Source: Opitutaceae bacterium (GTDB lineage Bacteria; Verrucomicrobiota; Verrucomicrobiia; Opitutales; Coraliomargaritaceae). Taken from it: a DNA stretch of 64,000 nucleotides. Made by a program: the position numbers and the translations under genes. Under the pieces are notes generated by a model. It had not been told where the DNA came from. It made no database searches and saw only the letters and a program-made list of their open reading frames with translations. Location of the stretch: positions 320,001 to 384,000 of the forward strand of contig JBPOFY010000001.1 in NCBI GenBank assembly GCA_051252375.1, given 5' to 3'. This document shows, one piece after another, positions 1-10,930 of this stretch (its first letter is position 1; every line of letters begins with the position of its first letter).

Positions 1-1480
1 CTTTGACTTGCTTACCACTGGTTTCGATCAATGCGCGTGCAATGATTTCACGCTCAGCATGCTCTAAGATATTCGTGCCCTTCGACTGACGTAAGCTTTG
101 GTAGGCGCCATCAAAAGGATCGCTCGGCGGCGCACCGACTTCCGCGTCTGCTGCAAGCGAAGAGACTACATGAGGCACAGCAGCAGGTTCTGCGGTTTGA
201 GCGACTGCTTCAATCTCATCACTCCCATCGACTTGGGGATCCGCCGCAAATGGTGCGCGCGTCACCACAGGCACATCGCCCACGGCATTCACCACTTCCT
301 GTGGCAGATCCTTAATTAATATCATTTCACCCTGCGCCATAACGGCGCTACGATAAACTAGGTTCTCAAGCTCACGAACATTGCCCGGCCAGCGATACTT
401 AGAAAGTAATGCCAAGGCTTCTGGGGAAATTGATTTTGCATCTGCTTTACTATCACGAGCAAGACGCTTGAGAACAAAATCGATTAGAGACGCCACATCC
501 TCCATTCGCTCGCGAAGCGGCGGTAGTTGAATACGCACGACATTGAGGCGATAGTATAAATCTTCACGGAAGGTCTTTTCCTTCACCATCTCTTCAAGTG
601 GTTTGTTCGTGGCGGCCAACATGCGGACATTGACCTTAATCGTCTCACTGCTGCCGACGCGCTGAATCTCGCCTTCCTGCAGGGCACGCAGGATCTTTGT
701 CTGCGTGGACAAAGCCATATCTCCAATTTCATCGAGGAAAATGGTGCCCGTGTCACAGAGTTCAAACTTACCGATGCGTTGATTGGTCGCACCTGTGAAA
801 GAGCCTTTCTCGTGCCCGAAGAGTTCGCTCTCGATTAGGTTTTCCGGAATCGCTGCGCAATTCACTGCAATATAAGGCTTTTGGGAGCGCAGACTGTTTT
901 GATAGATCGCGCGGGCGATCAACTCTTTGCCAGTGCCACTTTCGCCTGTGATCATCACCGTCACATCGCTGGCCGCGACTTGACCAATCATTTTGAAAAC
1001 AGTCTGCATCGCAGGTGAACTGCCGATGATGCCTCCCTCGATGTCCTCTTGGCTGATACGAGGGGCATTGTCGTCCGAACTGCTTGCACGAGTCAAATCG
1101 CTGGAAGCCGCCAAAGCAGACTCCGTCAGAGACAGAATCTTCTTCAAATCGAAGGGCTTCATAATGTAGTCAAAAGCCCCAAACTTCATTGCCTCAATCG
1201 TGGTCTGGGTGGTGCCATAAGCCGTCATGAGTATGATCATGGCGTTTGGATTGATCCCGCGCAGGTGCTGTAAGGCCTCCATGCCACTCATCCCTTTCAT
1301 CCGGTTATCCAACAAGATAACTTGGGGGCTATGCTTTTGGGCCATTTCCAGCCCAGCCTCGCCGCTATCCGCTTCGAGAACTGAATAGTTCCTACCAGAC
1401 AGCACGCGTTTCAACGAATAGCGAAGATCATCATCATCGTCGATAACGAGAATTTTAGGTGAATTATCTACAGTGGCCAT
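1..1480 (-). CDS. Sigma-54-dependent response regulator (NtrC family); 3' end runs off the window
   Basis: Hand translation from ATG at 1480: receiver [12 protein letters not shown]...LLDNRM, AAA+ [36 protein letters not shown], start of Fis-type HTH. No stop seen before position 1, which explains its absence from the ORF track. Confidence 0.93.
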   Translation of the reverse strand, partial: MATVDNSPKILVIDDDDDLRYSLKRVLSGRNYSVLEADSGEAGLEMAQKHSPQVILLDNRMKGMSGMEALQHLRGINPNAMIILMTAYGTTQTTIEAMKFGAFDYIMKPFDLKKILSLTESALAASSDLTRASSSDDNAPRISQEDIEGGIIGSSPAMQTVFKMIGQVAASDVTVMITGESGTGKELIARAIYQNSLRSQKPYIAVNCAAIPENLIESELFGHEKGSFTGATNQRIGKFELCDTGTIFLDEIGDMALSTQTKILRALQEGEIQRVGSSETIKVNVRMLAATNKPLEEMVKEKTFREDLYYRLNVVRIQLPPLRERMEDVASLIDFVLKRLARDSKADAKSISPEALALLSKYRWPGNVRELENLVYRSAVMAQGEMILIKDLPQEVVNAVGDVPVVTRAPFAADPQVDGSDEIEAVAQTAEPAAVPHVVSSLAADAEVGAPPSDPFDGAYQSLRQSKGTNILEHAEREIIARALIETSGKQVK

Positions 1481-1643
1481 GTATCGAAATGAGAAAAGGT
1501 AATGTGCAAAGACACTCTCTATAAGCAAGAAGGATGCTCGAATAGAAAAACTTTCCTACGCACTTAAATTCGAGCCCTACAATTTGTTGATCTCAACGTA
1601 AGCCTGAAAGCCAACCTTGGCCCTATAGGCAATAAAGCGCGCG

Positions 1644-1907
1644 CTAAAAGAAGTCGCGCAGCAAGAAGAACCACGTAGTCACAACACTATATATGATGGC
1701 AATGATACCAACAATGGTTAGGGCACGCGCGAACTTCGGGAAAGCGATGGCATTGCTAATACCAAAAAGGTTGTTGCAGAAAGAGTTACGCATTCCGCGC
1801 TTACTTTCCTCGCTGCTAGCAAGCAGAAAGATGCCAAGGACTCCGGGGAGTACACAAAACACGATCTTAACGATCAGCATGAGGAATTGTAGATTGAGCA
1901 GTGACAT
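1644..1907 (-). CDS. Small hypothetical membrane protein (2 TM helices); start uncertain
   Basis: Two hydrophobic segments in ORF 1644..1961. Confidence 0.6.
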   Translation of the reverse strand: MSLLNLQFLMLIVKIVFCVLPGVLGIFLLASSEESKRGMRNSFCNNLFGISNAIAFPKFARALTIVGIIAIIYSVVTTWFFLLRDFF

Positions 1908-2071
1908 AATAGCGTAGGTAAATGCGCTCATAGAGCCATAAACAAAGGGTTTGAAATGCACGCGATAGGGGGACTTGCAACAAAAAACCGATTCAACAGT
2001 CCATTTGTTAAGCGAATATTTATTTCACTTAATAATTGATTTGCCTGATAAAATAGGCATCTGATCTGAGG

Positions 2072-3967
2072 ATGTCACATAAACCGACACCTACAAACAT
2101 GATTACAATGAAAGTGGTTTCCCTCCTCGGGCTACTTTTGCCAATTGCCGCACAAGGCGACACTGAGCCGACGCTGCCGACACTATATATCGACGCCCAG
2201 CAAACAGCCAACGAGCTACCAGTCTCCACCTACGAGACTCCGATTTCGAATTTAGAATTCGAGCCGCGCGTCGACTTACAGTCTCGCAACATGGCTGAGG
2301 CGCAAGGCGATGTCAGTATCCGCGGCGGTATCTTCGAAAATACCGGCTTCCGAGTGGGTGCGGCCACGCTGGTGGACCCTCAGACAGGACACTACTTTGC
2401 CGAACTGCCAATCGCACCGGAAATGCTCGACGGTCCAGATGTGCTAACAGGCACCGATAATGCACTCTACGGTTTCAATAGCACAGTAGGCACCATCAGC
2501 TACGGTTGGAGTCAAATCGTGGACGGAGGTAGCCTAACCGTTGGCGGCGGCGACCATAACTTAAACTTCCAGCGCATCCACCACGGCCAAACCGGTCAAC
2601 TCGGTGAAAGCGGCGATTGGAGCTGGGGCGTTGAAGCCGAAATCTCACGATCAGAAAGCGATGGCACAATTGATTCTGGCGATCATAGCTTTGACCGCAC
2701 CTCTGGTCGCGTCCAATTGCTAGGACCCAACTCGCAAACCGATTTTTTCGCGGGCTACCAAGCTAAATTCTTCGGCTGGCCGAATATGTATACTCCCTAT
2801 GGTGTCAATGAAACGGAAAACTTGAAAACCCGCCTCTTATTCCTGAATCACCTTCAAAGCTATGGTAACGACAGCCTGTTTGAAGTCAGCCTTTATAATC
2901 GTGAGCACAAGGACCACTACGTTTACAGCCGTGAATCCCCCTCCGCGTATCAAGCCTTCCACGAAACCACTGTGACCACTATCGCCGCCACTGGTGCTCA
3001 TGCCATCAATGAAGCACTACGCTTAAACTATTCACTACAATTTACTGCAGATGATATAAGCTCCAGAGCGATTTCAGGCGGCTTACCGGCGGCAGGGCTC
3101 GAACAAGGGGCATTTACCAGCCGCGATTACTATCACGTCACCTTATTGCCGGAATATAACTTTCAACTAAATGAAACTGAAACCCTCACCCTACGAGCCG
3201 GTGCGAGTTTCGATGATACGAACCGCTCCACAACATCAGACGAGGTATCGCCCATCGCCGACATCACTTGGACTCGCCAACAATCAAATGGTGATCTCAC
3301 GTCCATCCATCTAGGCTACTCTCAAGCAACTCAAGTAGTTGGCTATACCGCAATCGGCGGCAGCGAAACCGGTGGACTCTTTCGCAGCAATTACGACTTG
3401 GATCGTGAGATTTCTAAAAACCTCGAACTCGGAGCTAAACTCGCGAAAAGCAACTGGTCACTTGAGGCAGCCGTCTTTTACCGCTGGGATGACGACCTAG
3501 TCGATTGGACATTCACAGGAGCGGGGGCGCGCGCCGCGGAAAACGTGGACATTGAAACATTTGGCGTCGAACTTATCGGGACACGCCGCTGGGGCACCAC
3601 AGAATTCATCGCCAGTTACACCTATTTAAGTAAAGATGAAGATTACGGTAACCCCGCGGTCATCGGTAGCTTCTACGCGCTGAACTTCCCAGAACATCGT
3701 GCGACGCTCGGTCTGATCTGGCGCCCCATCGAAATCGTCGAAATACGAATCGACAACGAATGGCGCAGCCAAGAGGAAAACGTCCTTCGCAGTGGTGACG
3801 ACAGCGCCTTCTTCACTCACGCAGCCGTCAGCATTTACCCGCCACAGTTTGAAAACCTAGAGCTCTTCGTTGCTGTAGACAATGCTTGGGAGGATGACTT
3901 CCAGGAAGTGCCAGGCACTCCTGGTCGCGGCGATCAATATTCCATCGGAGCCACCCTCCGCTGGTAA
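2072..3967 (+). CDS. TonB-dependent outer-membrane receptor
   Basis: Signal peptide, plug motifs (VSIRGG, NALYG), beta-barrel pattern, C-terminal PGRGDQYSIGATLRW; start may be 2108. Confidence 0.9.
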   Translation: MSHKPTPTNMITMKVVSLLGLLLPIAAQGDTEPTLPTLYIDAQQTANELPVSTYETPISNLEFEPRVDLQSRNMAEAQGDVSIRGGIFENTGFRVGAATLVDPQTGHYFAELPIAPEMLDGPDVLTGTDNALYGFNSTVGTISYGWSQIVDGGSLTVGGGDHNLNFQRIHHGQTGQLGESGDWSWGVEAEISRSESDGTIDSGDHSFDRTSGRVQLLGPNSQTDFFAGYQAKFFGWPNMYTPYGVNETENLKTRLLFLNHLQSYGNDSLFEVSLYNREHKDHYVYSRESPSAYQAFHETTVTTIAATGAHAINEALRLNYSLQFTADDISSRAISGGLPAAGLEQGAFTSRDYYHVTLLPEYNFQLNETETLTLRAGASFDDTNRSTTSDEVSPIADITWTRQQSNGDLTSIHLGYSQATQVVGYTAIGGSETGGLFRSNYDLDREISKNLELGAKLAKSNWSLEAAVFYRWDDDLVDWTFTGAGARAAENVDIETFGVELIGTRRWGTTEFIASYTYLSKDEDYGNPAVIGSFYALNFPEHRATLGLIWRPIEIVEIRIDNEWRSQEENVLRSGDDSAFFTHAAVSIYPPQFENLELFVAVDNAWEDDFQEVPGTPGRGDQYSIGATLRW

Positions 3968-3992
3968 ACCTTCTTACAGCTGACCTTTTGAC

Positions 3993-4024
3993 AAAAGCCT
4001 CGTCTCTTACGACGAGGCTTTTTT
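3993..4024. terminator. Bidirectional intrinsic terminator
   Basis: AAAAGCCTCGTC-tcttac-GACGAGGCTTTT between convergent genes, overlapping the hisA stop. Confidence 0.85.
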
Positions 4025-4780
4025 ATTCCACGCAACACAGTCCGCATAGCACACCTTCTCGCCGCCGAAAAGGTCCAGCGCGCTACCAATCGTCAAATCC
4101 ACCTTTCCGGCGCTCATTTGATCAACCGTTTTCAAATCTTCAAAACCGTTCACACCGCCAGCATAGGTAACAGGAATGGAGCAATGCTGCCCAAGAAATT
4201 TAACAAGGTCGGCGTCGATCCCCTGGCACTTACCCTCCACATCGGCGGCGTGAACCAAAAATTCGGCGCAACTCCCTGCAAGCGCGCTCAATGTTGCTGC
4301 ATCTATTTTCAAATCTGTCGGCGTCTGCCAACGATTCATCGCGACAACCCATCCCTCCGCTTTTCGGCGACAGCTCAAATCAATAACCAAGCGGTCTTTG
4401 CCGATTTCAGTCACCAGCGCAGCCAAACGATCCGCCAAAAAGCGACCTTCCGAATCAAACAACCAAGATGTCACGATTACATGGCTTGCCCCCGCGTCGA
4501 GCCAGTCAGTAGCATTTTCTAACTGTATTCCGCCACCAATTTGCAAGCCTTGTGGGTAAGCAGCCAACGATTCGCGAGCAGCAGCGTCGTTGTTCGGTCC
4601 CAGTTTAATAACATGACCTCCAAGCAACCCATCATTCTGATATAACTCCGCATAATAGGCTGCTGAATGGGCACTCTCGAAGTTTGTCAAAGGCGACGAT
4701 CCATCGTCCCGAAGACTGCCTCCCACGATTTGCTTCACCTTACCATCGTGAAGGTCAATACATGGTCGAAAATGCGTCAT
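4007..4780 (-). CDS. hisA: ProFAR isomerase, eukaryote-like (His6) subtype
   Basis: FRPCIDLHDGKVKQIVGG, GGHVIKLG, LQIGGGI, HAADVEG.CQGID, DLTIGSALDLFGG. Confidence 0.92.
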   Translation of the reverse strand: MTHFRPCIDLHDGKVKQIVGGSLRDDGSSPLTNFESAHSAAYYAELYQNDGLLGGHVIKLGPNNDAAARESLAAYPQGLQIGGGIQLENATDWLDAGASHVIVTSWLFDSEGRFLADRLAALVTEIGKDRLVIDLSCRRKAEGWVVAMNRWQTPTDLKIDAATLSALAGSCAEFLVHAADVEGKCQGIDADLVKFLGQHCSIPVTYAGGVNGFEDLKTVDQMSAGKVDLTIGSALDLFGGEKVCYADCVAWNKKASS

Positions 4781-4898
4781 AAGTATGAAAAAGCGAAAAT
4801 ACCGTTTTTTGGGAAGCTTAAAGGGGAAAAAGCTTGAATAAAAGGTGATTAGAAATAGGGTTATCCATTCAAATATCTGTATTCCATATACTTCAATT

Positions 4899-5738
4899 AT
4901 GAAAACTCTCCGGATCCCCTTCCTCTTTCTCGCTCTTTTAGCGCTCTGTTCTATCAGTGCACAAGCCGCTCAACTCGCAAGTGCTAAAGCCCTTGGTGTC
5001 GTCGGCACCGTGACGAAATACACCTCTGATGGCGGGAATTCCCCGCTCGTCGCAGGTGATATACTTAAAGAAGGCGACAGCATCAGCGTCACTGCTTTGA
5101 GTGAAGCCGAGCTCGTTTTCTCAAATGGCTCCACGCTCACCATTAAGGAGAACACCAGTATTTCTTTCGCCAAAATGAGCCAAGACGCCTTCGGCGGCGG
5201 CCAAACATACGAGCAACTCGAAGCAGACCCCAGTAAGTCGCAAGTGCTCCTCGAACTCAATTATGGTGAGCTCGATGGTCACGTTAAGAAGCTTCAAATG
5301 GGCTCCAAGTTTGATGTCCACACTCCAATCGGAACTGCGGCTATCCGCGGCACAACATTCACTATCAAGCTTAAGTTCAATGCTGAGCTCGGCGAATTCA
5401 TCCTCGTTGTGAAAAACAAGGACGGCAAAGTAAACATCATCTCCCGCTACGCTGGTTCGTTCGAATACGATAACGCCATTGGAGATAAGGGCTACCTCAG
5501 CGCCCTCAGCGACGACACAGAAGAAGCAATCCCTTCCAAGCACACAGTCATCATCCGTCTCAATCGTCGTGACCCTTACTTCGAAGACCTCTTCCGTCTT
5601 ATTTTAAACTACATCCCTGAAGAAGATCGCCCAGATCCAAGTGATGACGACAAGATCATTATCAAGATCGTCACTCCGGAAGACCCAGGCACTCAAGTCG
5701 TGAGCCCAAATACGCAAAGCTCACAGCAGAACAACTAA
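4899..5738 (+). CDS. Secreted FecR-domain protein
   Basis: Signal peptide, AELVFSNGSTLTI, FDVHTPIGTAAIRGT motif. Confidence 0.75.
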   Translation: MKTLRIPFLFLALLALCSISAQAAQLASAKALGVVGTVTKYTSDGGNSPLVAGDILKEGDSISVTALSEAELVFSNGSTLTIKENTSISFAKMSQDAFGGGQTYEQLEADPSKSQVLLELNYGELDGHVKKLQMGSKFDVHTPIGTAAIRGTTFTIKLKFNAELGEFILVVKNKDGKVNIISRYAGSFEYDNAIGDKGYLSALSDDTEEAIPSKHTVIIRLNRRDPYFEDLFRLILNYIPEEDRPDPSDDDKIIIKIVTPEDPGTQVVSPNTQSSQQNN

Positions 5739-5762
5739 GTTACTTCCGAGTTAACCAATTTC

Positions 5763-5812
5763 AAAACCCCGGATTCGCGGCTCGGCTGAGCTCAACGAAT
5801 TCCGGGGTTTTT
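5763..5812 (+). terminator. Intrinsic terminator with long stem-loop
   Basis: AAAACCCCGGA...TCCGGGGTTTTT. Confidence 0.75.
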
Positions 5813-5852
5813 CTTTGCCAAAAAGAGCCACTTCACTAGCCCTAGCTAACAG

Positions 5853-6719
5853 ATGTATTACCTCGTAATCGTTTCACTTATTTGGGCATTTTCCTTTGGC
5901 CTCATCGGCAACGCTCTGGCTGGACTCGACTCGTTTTTTGTCGCCAGCGTGCGCCTCGGACTCGCAGCACTCGTTTTTTTGCCATTCCTGCGTCTCACGG
6001 TTGTGCCAGCAGGCCAACATCTGCGACTCATTGGCTGCGGAGCCATTCAGTTCGGTCTCATGTATGTGACCTATATCTCCGCGTTTAATTACATCCCATC
6101 GCACCTTGTCGCGCTGTTTTCAGTATTCACACCACTCTATGTCGTGCTCATTCACGACCTCCGGCAGCGGCGCTGGAGCCTGCGGACCTTAGCTGCCGCG
6201 GGGCTTTCAGTCTTAGGCGCAGCCGTGATCAAAGCAAAGGCTGGCGAATCTGACACGCTCTGGATCGGCTTTGCCTTGATGCAAATTGCCGGGCTCTCCT
6301 TTGCCTTCGGACAAGTCTACTACCGCGACTGGAAACGACGTTTCCCAGAAGTCGAAAACCACAAAATATTTGCCCTGCTCTATCTCGGGGGCGCGCTACT
6401 AGCCATCACAGTCAGCACCGTCAAAACAGACTGGAGCACTCTCTCTGTGACCGCCGCCCAATGGCCCGTATTACTTTATCTCGGAGTCATCGCATCCGGC
6501 GCCGGCTTCTTCCTCTGGAACAAAGGAGCCGCAGTGAGTCGCCCCGGCACATTAGCCGCTTTCAATAACGCCGTCGTCCCGCTCGCCATGTTTGCATCGC
6601 TATTCATTTTTGGCGAAATCGGCGAGATTTCAACGGTGCAAGTCTTACGTTTAATCGGCGGAGGTGCGCTTATCGCGGTTGCCGTATGGCTCGCAGAACG
6701 AAGCCATACCACCGAATAG
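5853..6719 (+). CDS. EamA/DMT transporter, resembling BioP/YigM
   Basis: About 10 TM helices; N-terminus LIWAFSFGLIG..LAGLDSFFVASVRLGLAALVFLPF resembles YigM. Confidence 0.8.
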   Translation: MYYLVIVSLIWAFSFGLIGNALAGLDSFFVASVRLGLAALVFLPFLRLTVVPAGQHLRLIGCGAIQFGLMYVTYISAFNYIPSHLVALFSVFTPLYVVLIHDLRQRRWSLRTLAAAGLSVLGAAVIKAKAGESDTLWIGFALMQIAGLSFAFGQVYYRDWKRRFPEVENHKIFALLYLGGALLAITVSTVKTDWSTLSVTAAQWPVLLYLGVIASGAGFFLWNKGAAVSRPGTLAAFNNAVVPLAMFASLFIFGEIGEISTVQVLRLIGGGALIAVAVWLAERSHTTE

Positions 6720-6826
6720 TCCTTATACTTCGCACCATAACCAAATCTGGCGCTTTACATTAGCATCCGCTCTGCCTTTAGTAACCGCTCTTTTCATCAC
6801 TACCTAAAACTCAACATCAATCTACC

Positions 6827-7300
6827 ATGGCACTCGCAACTGGCACAAAAGCACCTGAATTTACACTTAAATCTAAGAACGCAGAGGGTCTTCAAGACGT
6901 CTCCTTGAGCGACACTCTTGGCAAGAAGAAGACTGTTCTTCTTTTCTTCCCACTCGCCTTCACTGGCGTCTGCATGAAAGAGATGTGCGACGTGAGCAAT
7001 AGCATCACCGCATACAACGATTTGAACGCTGCCGTGTATGGCATCTCGGTCGATAGCCCATTCGCTCAAGAAGAAATGGCAAAAGTCGATGGTCTCAAGT
7101 TCCCTCTTTTGAGCGACTTCAACAAAGAAGTCTCTGCCGCATACGACGTGCTCTACGCAGACCTTCTTGGCTTCAAAGGTGTCTCCAAGCGCTCTGCTTT
7201 TGTCATCGATGAGAACGGCGTTATCATCTACAGCGAATCTGCTGAAGATCCACACGACCTGCCTAACTTCGACGCAATTCAGGCCGCGCTTCAAGCGTAA
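6827..7300 (+). CDS. Peroxiredoxin (AhpE/BCP-like)
   Basis: FFPLAFTGVCMKEMC (PxxxTxxC), GISVDS, LLSDFN, KRSAFVID. Confidence 0.9.
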   Translation: MALATGTKAPEFTLKSKNAEGLQDVSLSDTLGKKKTVLLFFPLAFTGVCMKEMCDVSNSITAYNDLNAAVYGISVDSPFAQEEMAKVDGLKFPLLSDFNKEVSAAYDVLYADLLGFKGVSKRSAFVIDENGVIIYSESAEDPHDLPNFDAIQAALQA

Positions 7301-7358
7301 GCCAAGATCGCGCAATACGGCTCGATGCCGTCGAGAGGCCTAACGGACTTTTTAAACA

Positions 7359-7393
7359 AAAAATAGCTCAGGAGAAATTCCTGAGCTATTTTT
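7359..7393. terminator. Bidirectional intrinsic terminator
   Basis: AAAAATAGCTCAGGA-gaaat-TCCTGAGCTATTTTT between convergent genes. Confidence 0.9.
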
Positions 7394-7416
7394 GTAAACT
7401 GATGAAAGCAAGATGC

Positions 7417-10185
7417 CTATCTGCTCATGACACTTGTAGGTGGTGCAAACTTAGTCAGGTTGATCCCTTCCACGGAGGCTTTATATTCATCCAGATTCGG
7501 AATGCGGCCTAAAATCGCAGAGAGCACGACGACTGGAGTGGATGCAAGGAGTGACTCGCCCTTCTTGCGCTCAGAATCTTCCACCACGCGTCCTTGGAAC
7601 AAGCGAGTTGAAGTGGCCATCACGGTATCACCCTTGGCGGCCTTTTCCTGATTGCCCATGCAAAGGTTACAACCAGGACGCTCGAGATACATCATGTTTT
7701 CGTATTCGGTACGTGACGCGCCTTTCGGAGCATTATCGTCGAATTCGAAACCAGAATACTTCTGCAACAGGTCCCAATCACCTTCAGCCTTGAGCTCATC
7801 GATGATGTTATAGGTCGGTGCCGCCACCACGAGTGGCGCATGAAACTCTACTTTGCCTTGCTGTGCTTCCAAGTTCTTGAGCATCTGAGAAACAATTTTT
7901 AAGTCCCCCTTGTGAACCATGCAGGAACCAACAAATCCAAGATCTACTGCCTTCTCTCCCTTATAGTAAGAGAGTTCACGAATCGTATCGTGCGTATAAC
8001 GCTTGGACGCTTCTTCATTGTTCACGTCCGGATCGGCGATCATCGGCTCAACGATTTCATCCAAATCTACAACGAACTCTGCATGGTATTTGGCATTCGA
8101 ATCCGGCATGAGTGCGGGCTTCTCACCTGAGCGGATTTCTTCAATGCGCCGATTGGCTTGATCGACTAAGCCCTGAAGGACCTGCGAATCATTATCCATG
8201 CCCTTGTTAATCATGATCTGGATACGGCTCTTCGCGATCTCCAGCGATTCGATCAAAGTCGCATCCTGAGAAATACAAATGGAGGCCTTCGCCTTCATTT
8301 CCGCAGTCCAGTCGGTAAAGGTAAACGCTTGGTCGGCAGGTAGAGTTCCGAGGTGGACTTCGATGACTCGACCTTGGAATACATTTTCGCCAAATTTCTT
8401 GAGCATTTGAATCTGTGTCGCATGCACGACATCGCGGAAATCCATATGGCTCTTCAAGTCGCCCTTGAAGGTGACTTTTACTGATGCTGGTATCGGCATA
8501 GTTGCTTCACCCGTCGCGAGCGCTAGAGCCACCGTGCCGGAGTCCGCTCCGAAAGCGACACCCTTGGACATACGTGTATGCGAATCGCCGCCAATAATGA
8601 TCGCCCACTCGTCCACGGTCAGATCATTCAAAACCTTGTGAATCACATCCGTCATCGCATGGTATACACCCTTCGGGTCACGCGCGGTGATCAGACCGAA
8701 CTTATGCATGAATGACATCAGTTTGGGGATGTTGGCCTGTGCCTTCTTATCCCAAACCGAGGCTGTATGGCAGCCTGATTGGTATGCCGCATCCACTGTC
8801 GGTGAAATGACAGTTGCAGCCATCGATTCCAATTCCTGCGCTGTCATGAGACCGGTCGTATCTTGCGAACCGACGATATTGACTTTAACGCGAACATCAG
8901 AGCCTGCATGCAAATCAGCGTCGATCATCTTTCCGACGACGTTCTTGTTAAAGATCTTCTCAACTGCTGTGAGCCCTTGTCCTTCGTGCGCAATCTCTTT
9001 TGCGGGTGCATAGACCAGCGGGATGGCGACACCTAGTGTTTGAGCAGCGAAGGTTTGGAGTTTTTTACCAAAAACAATCGCGTATGAACTGCCTGCCTTG
9101 ATGAACTCCAGTTTCTGGGGTGTCAGTGCCGAAGAGATATCAACCAGCTCTTGATCGCCGTTATACAACTTCTTGCGCTTCAAGTTAATCGTCAAAACGG
9201 TCCCCGTCGCGACCGAATAAGCCTGCTCAAGAACCGGATCTTCATTCTCGTCCAAGACTGGCTTACCATCAGCATCGAGTTTCTTAACCCAATTCTTCAA
9301 GTCGATTCCGATACCGCCGGTGACATCGACAGTCGTTAAAAAGATCGGGGAAATTCCATTCGTGCCAGCAACCACTGGTGCAATATTCACAAACGGGATA
9401 TAAGGGCTAGCTGGCTTGCCCGCCCAAAGCGCCACATTATTGACACCCGACATACGAGAAGAGCCCACACCCATGGTGCCCTTCTCCGCAATCAGCATTA
9501 CGCGCTTACCAGGATGTTGCAATTGAAGGCTTTGAATCTCCATCTGCGCCTGTTCAGAAATCAAGCACTTGCCGTGTAATTCACGGTCCGAGCGAGAGTG
9601 CGCCTGATTACCTGGAGAAAGTAAGTCGGTAGAAATGTCTCCTTCTGCGGCAATATAGGTGACGACCCCAACTTCTTCTTCAACTTCGGGAAGCTTTGTG
9701 AAGAACTCTGCCGCGGCGTAACTTTCCAAAATGCCTTTGGCGATTGCGTTGCCCGCCTTGAAAGCAGCCGAAAGACGGTCCATGTCCGCCTCATAGAGAA
9801 ACACCTGAGTCTTCAACACCTCGGCCGATTGTTCAGCAATCGAGGCATTCTCACCGAGCGCTAAGTCCAAAAGCACCTCGATCGAGGGACCACCTTTCAT
9901 GTGGGACAGCAATTCGAAGGCAAAAGTCGGCGTAATTTCTTCGACTACCGCCTCACCGAGAATGATCTCCTTTAAGAACGTAGCCTTTACGCCAGCAGCA
10001 CTTGTTGTCCCCGGTAAGGTGTTGTAAATAAAGAAGTTAAGGGAATCTTCTCTATGTTGGTTCTCGAGATCCTTAATTTGTTCAATTATCTCAACAATCA
10101 AGTCGCCATCATCAATTGGCTTAGGGCTTAAGCCCTGGCCTTTGCGCTCGTCGATCTCTTTAATGTAGTCTGTATATTTATTCAT
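7417..10185 (-). CDS. acnB: Aconitate hydratase B / 2-methylisocitrate dehydratase
   Basis: STDLLSP, GVGSSRMS, SQDTTG, QSGCHT, GGDSHTR, FVGSCM, PGCNLCMGNQ, STRLFQGR. Confidence 0.95.
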   Translation of the reverse strand: MNKYTDYIKEIDERKGQGLSPKPIDDGDLIVEIIEQIKDLENQHREDSLNFFIYNTLPGTTSAAGVKATFLKEIILGEAVVEEITPTFAFELLSHMKGGPSIEVLLDLALGENASIAEQSAEVLKTQVFLYEADMDRLSAAFKAGNAIAKGILESYAAAEFFTKLPEVEEEVGVVTYIAAEGDISTDLLSPGNQAHSRSDRELHGKCLISEQAQMEIQSLQLQHPGKRVMLIAEKGTMGVGSSRMSGVNNVALWAGKPASPYIPFVNIAPVVAGTNGISPIFLTTVDVTGGIGIDLKNWVKKLDADGKPVLDENEDPVLEQAYSVATGTVLTINLKRKKLYNGDQELVDISSALTPQKLEFIKAGSSYAIVFGKKLQTFAAQTLGVAIPLVYAPAKEIAHEGQGLTAVEKIFNKNVVGKMIDADLHAGSDVRVKVNIVGSQDTTGLMTAQELESMAATVISPTVDAAYQSGCHTASVWDKKAQANIPKLMSFMHKFGLITARDPKGVYHAMTDVIHKVLNDLTVDEWAIIIGGDSHTRMSKGVAFGADSGTVALALATGEATMPIPASVKVTFKGDLKSHMDFRDVVHATQIQMLKKFGENVFQGRVIEVHLGTLPADQAFTFTDWTAEMKAKASICISQDATLIESLEIAKSRIQIMINKGMDNDSQVLQGLVDQANRRIEEIRSGEKPALMPDSNAKYHAEFVVDLDEIVEPMIADPDVNNEEASKRYTHDTIRELSYYKGEKAVDLGFVGSCMVHKGDLKIVSQMLKNLEAQQGKVEFHAPLVVAAPTYNIIDELKAEGDWDLLQKYSGFEFDDNAPKGASRTEYENMMYLERPGCNLCMGNQEKAAKGDTVMATSTRLFQGRVVEDSERKKGESLLASTPVVVLSAILGRIPNLDEYKASVEGINLTKFAPPTSVMSR

Positions 10186-10360
10186 GGTCAGCAATCACAC
10201 CAAGGTCTGCTCAAGCCTAATTATTTCAAGAAGATTTTGCGAATTGTTGCATCCAATCGATTGATTGTTGATTATTCGCGTCGCAGTACTAGCTTGCTTA
10301 ACCCTGCTTCTTGGCATTATTTTTTACAACTTTCCTCCCTTTACCATTACCACGCTCTAA

Positions 10361-10867
10361 ATGAGTGACCCTCAACAGCCAACCTTTCTAGTCAGTGCTT
10401 ATTCTGAACCCATCGTGGTCCAGATAAACGGCAAGGCCAACTACCTGAACTGCAATAACTTTCGCGAGTTTATTGAAAAGATGTTGGCTGATGGGAGCAC
10501 GCAATTTGTTCTCGATTTCACCAACTGCAAGGGCATGGACAGCACCTTCTTGGGTATTCTGGCTGGCACTGCTTTGGAGCTGAAAAAACTCACGCCTCCG
10601 GGGGTGTTCATCGTTTGCAATCTAGGAGAGCGTAATCACGAGCTCATCTGCAACCTCGGACTGCAAAATCTGCTCACGATTGGAGACGATTTGCCAAAAA
10701 CAGATGATACCGATTTTTCCGAACTGAAAAACGCGGAAGTCTCTGATGCGAGAACTGTGCTTCACGCCCATGAGAATTTGGTCAAAGCCGATGATGAGAA
10801 CGTCGCGAAATTCCAAGATGTTATCGCTTTTCTACGCAACCAAGTGGAACAACCGGACAAAAAGTAA
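10361..10867 (+). CDS. STAS-domain anti-sigma factor antagonist
   Basis: VLDFTNCKGMDSTFLGIL motif with phosphorylatable Ser. Confidence 0.85.
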   Translation: MSDPQQPTFLVSAYSEPIVVQINGKANYLNCNNFREFIEKMLADGSTQFVLDFTNCKGMDSTFLGILAGTALELKKLTPPGVFIVCNLGERNHELICNLGLQNLLTIGDDLPKTDDTDFSELKNAEVSDARTVLHAHENLVKADDENVAKFQDVIAFLRNQVEQPDKK

Positions 10868-10930
10868 ATCGCCCGCCGCACTTGAACTCGGCTCGGTTTA
10901 TGACACTTCCACGCCTCGCCAATTTCAATC

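Noticed and set aside
1960..2110. Cobalamin/TPP riboswitch or Fur box ahead of the TonB receptor
   Set aside because: AT-rich with a short TGCCT/AGGCA inverted repeat, but no conserved riboswitch core or convincing Fur box.
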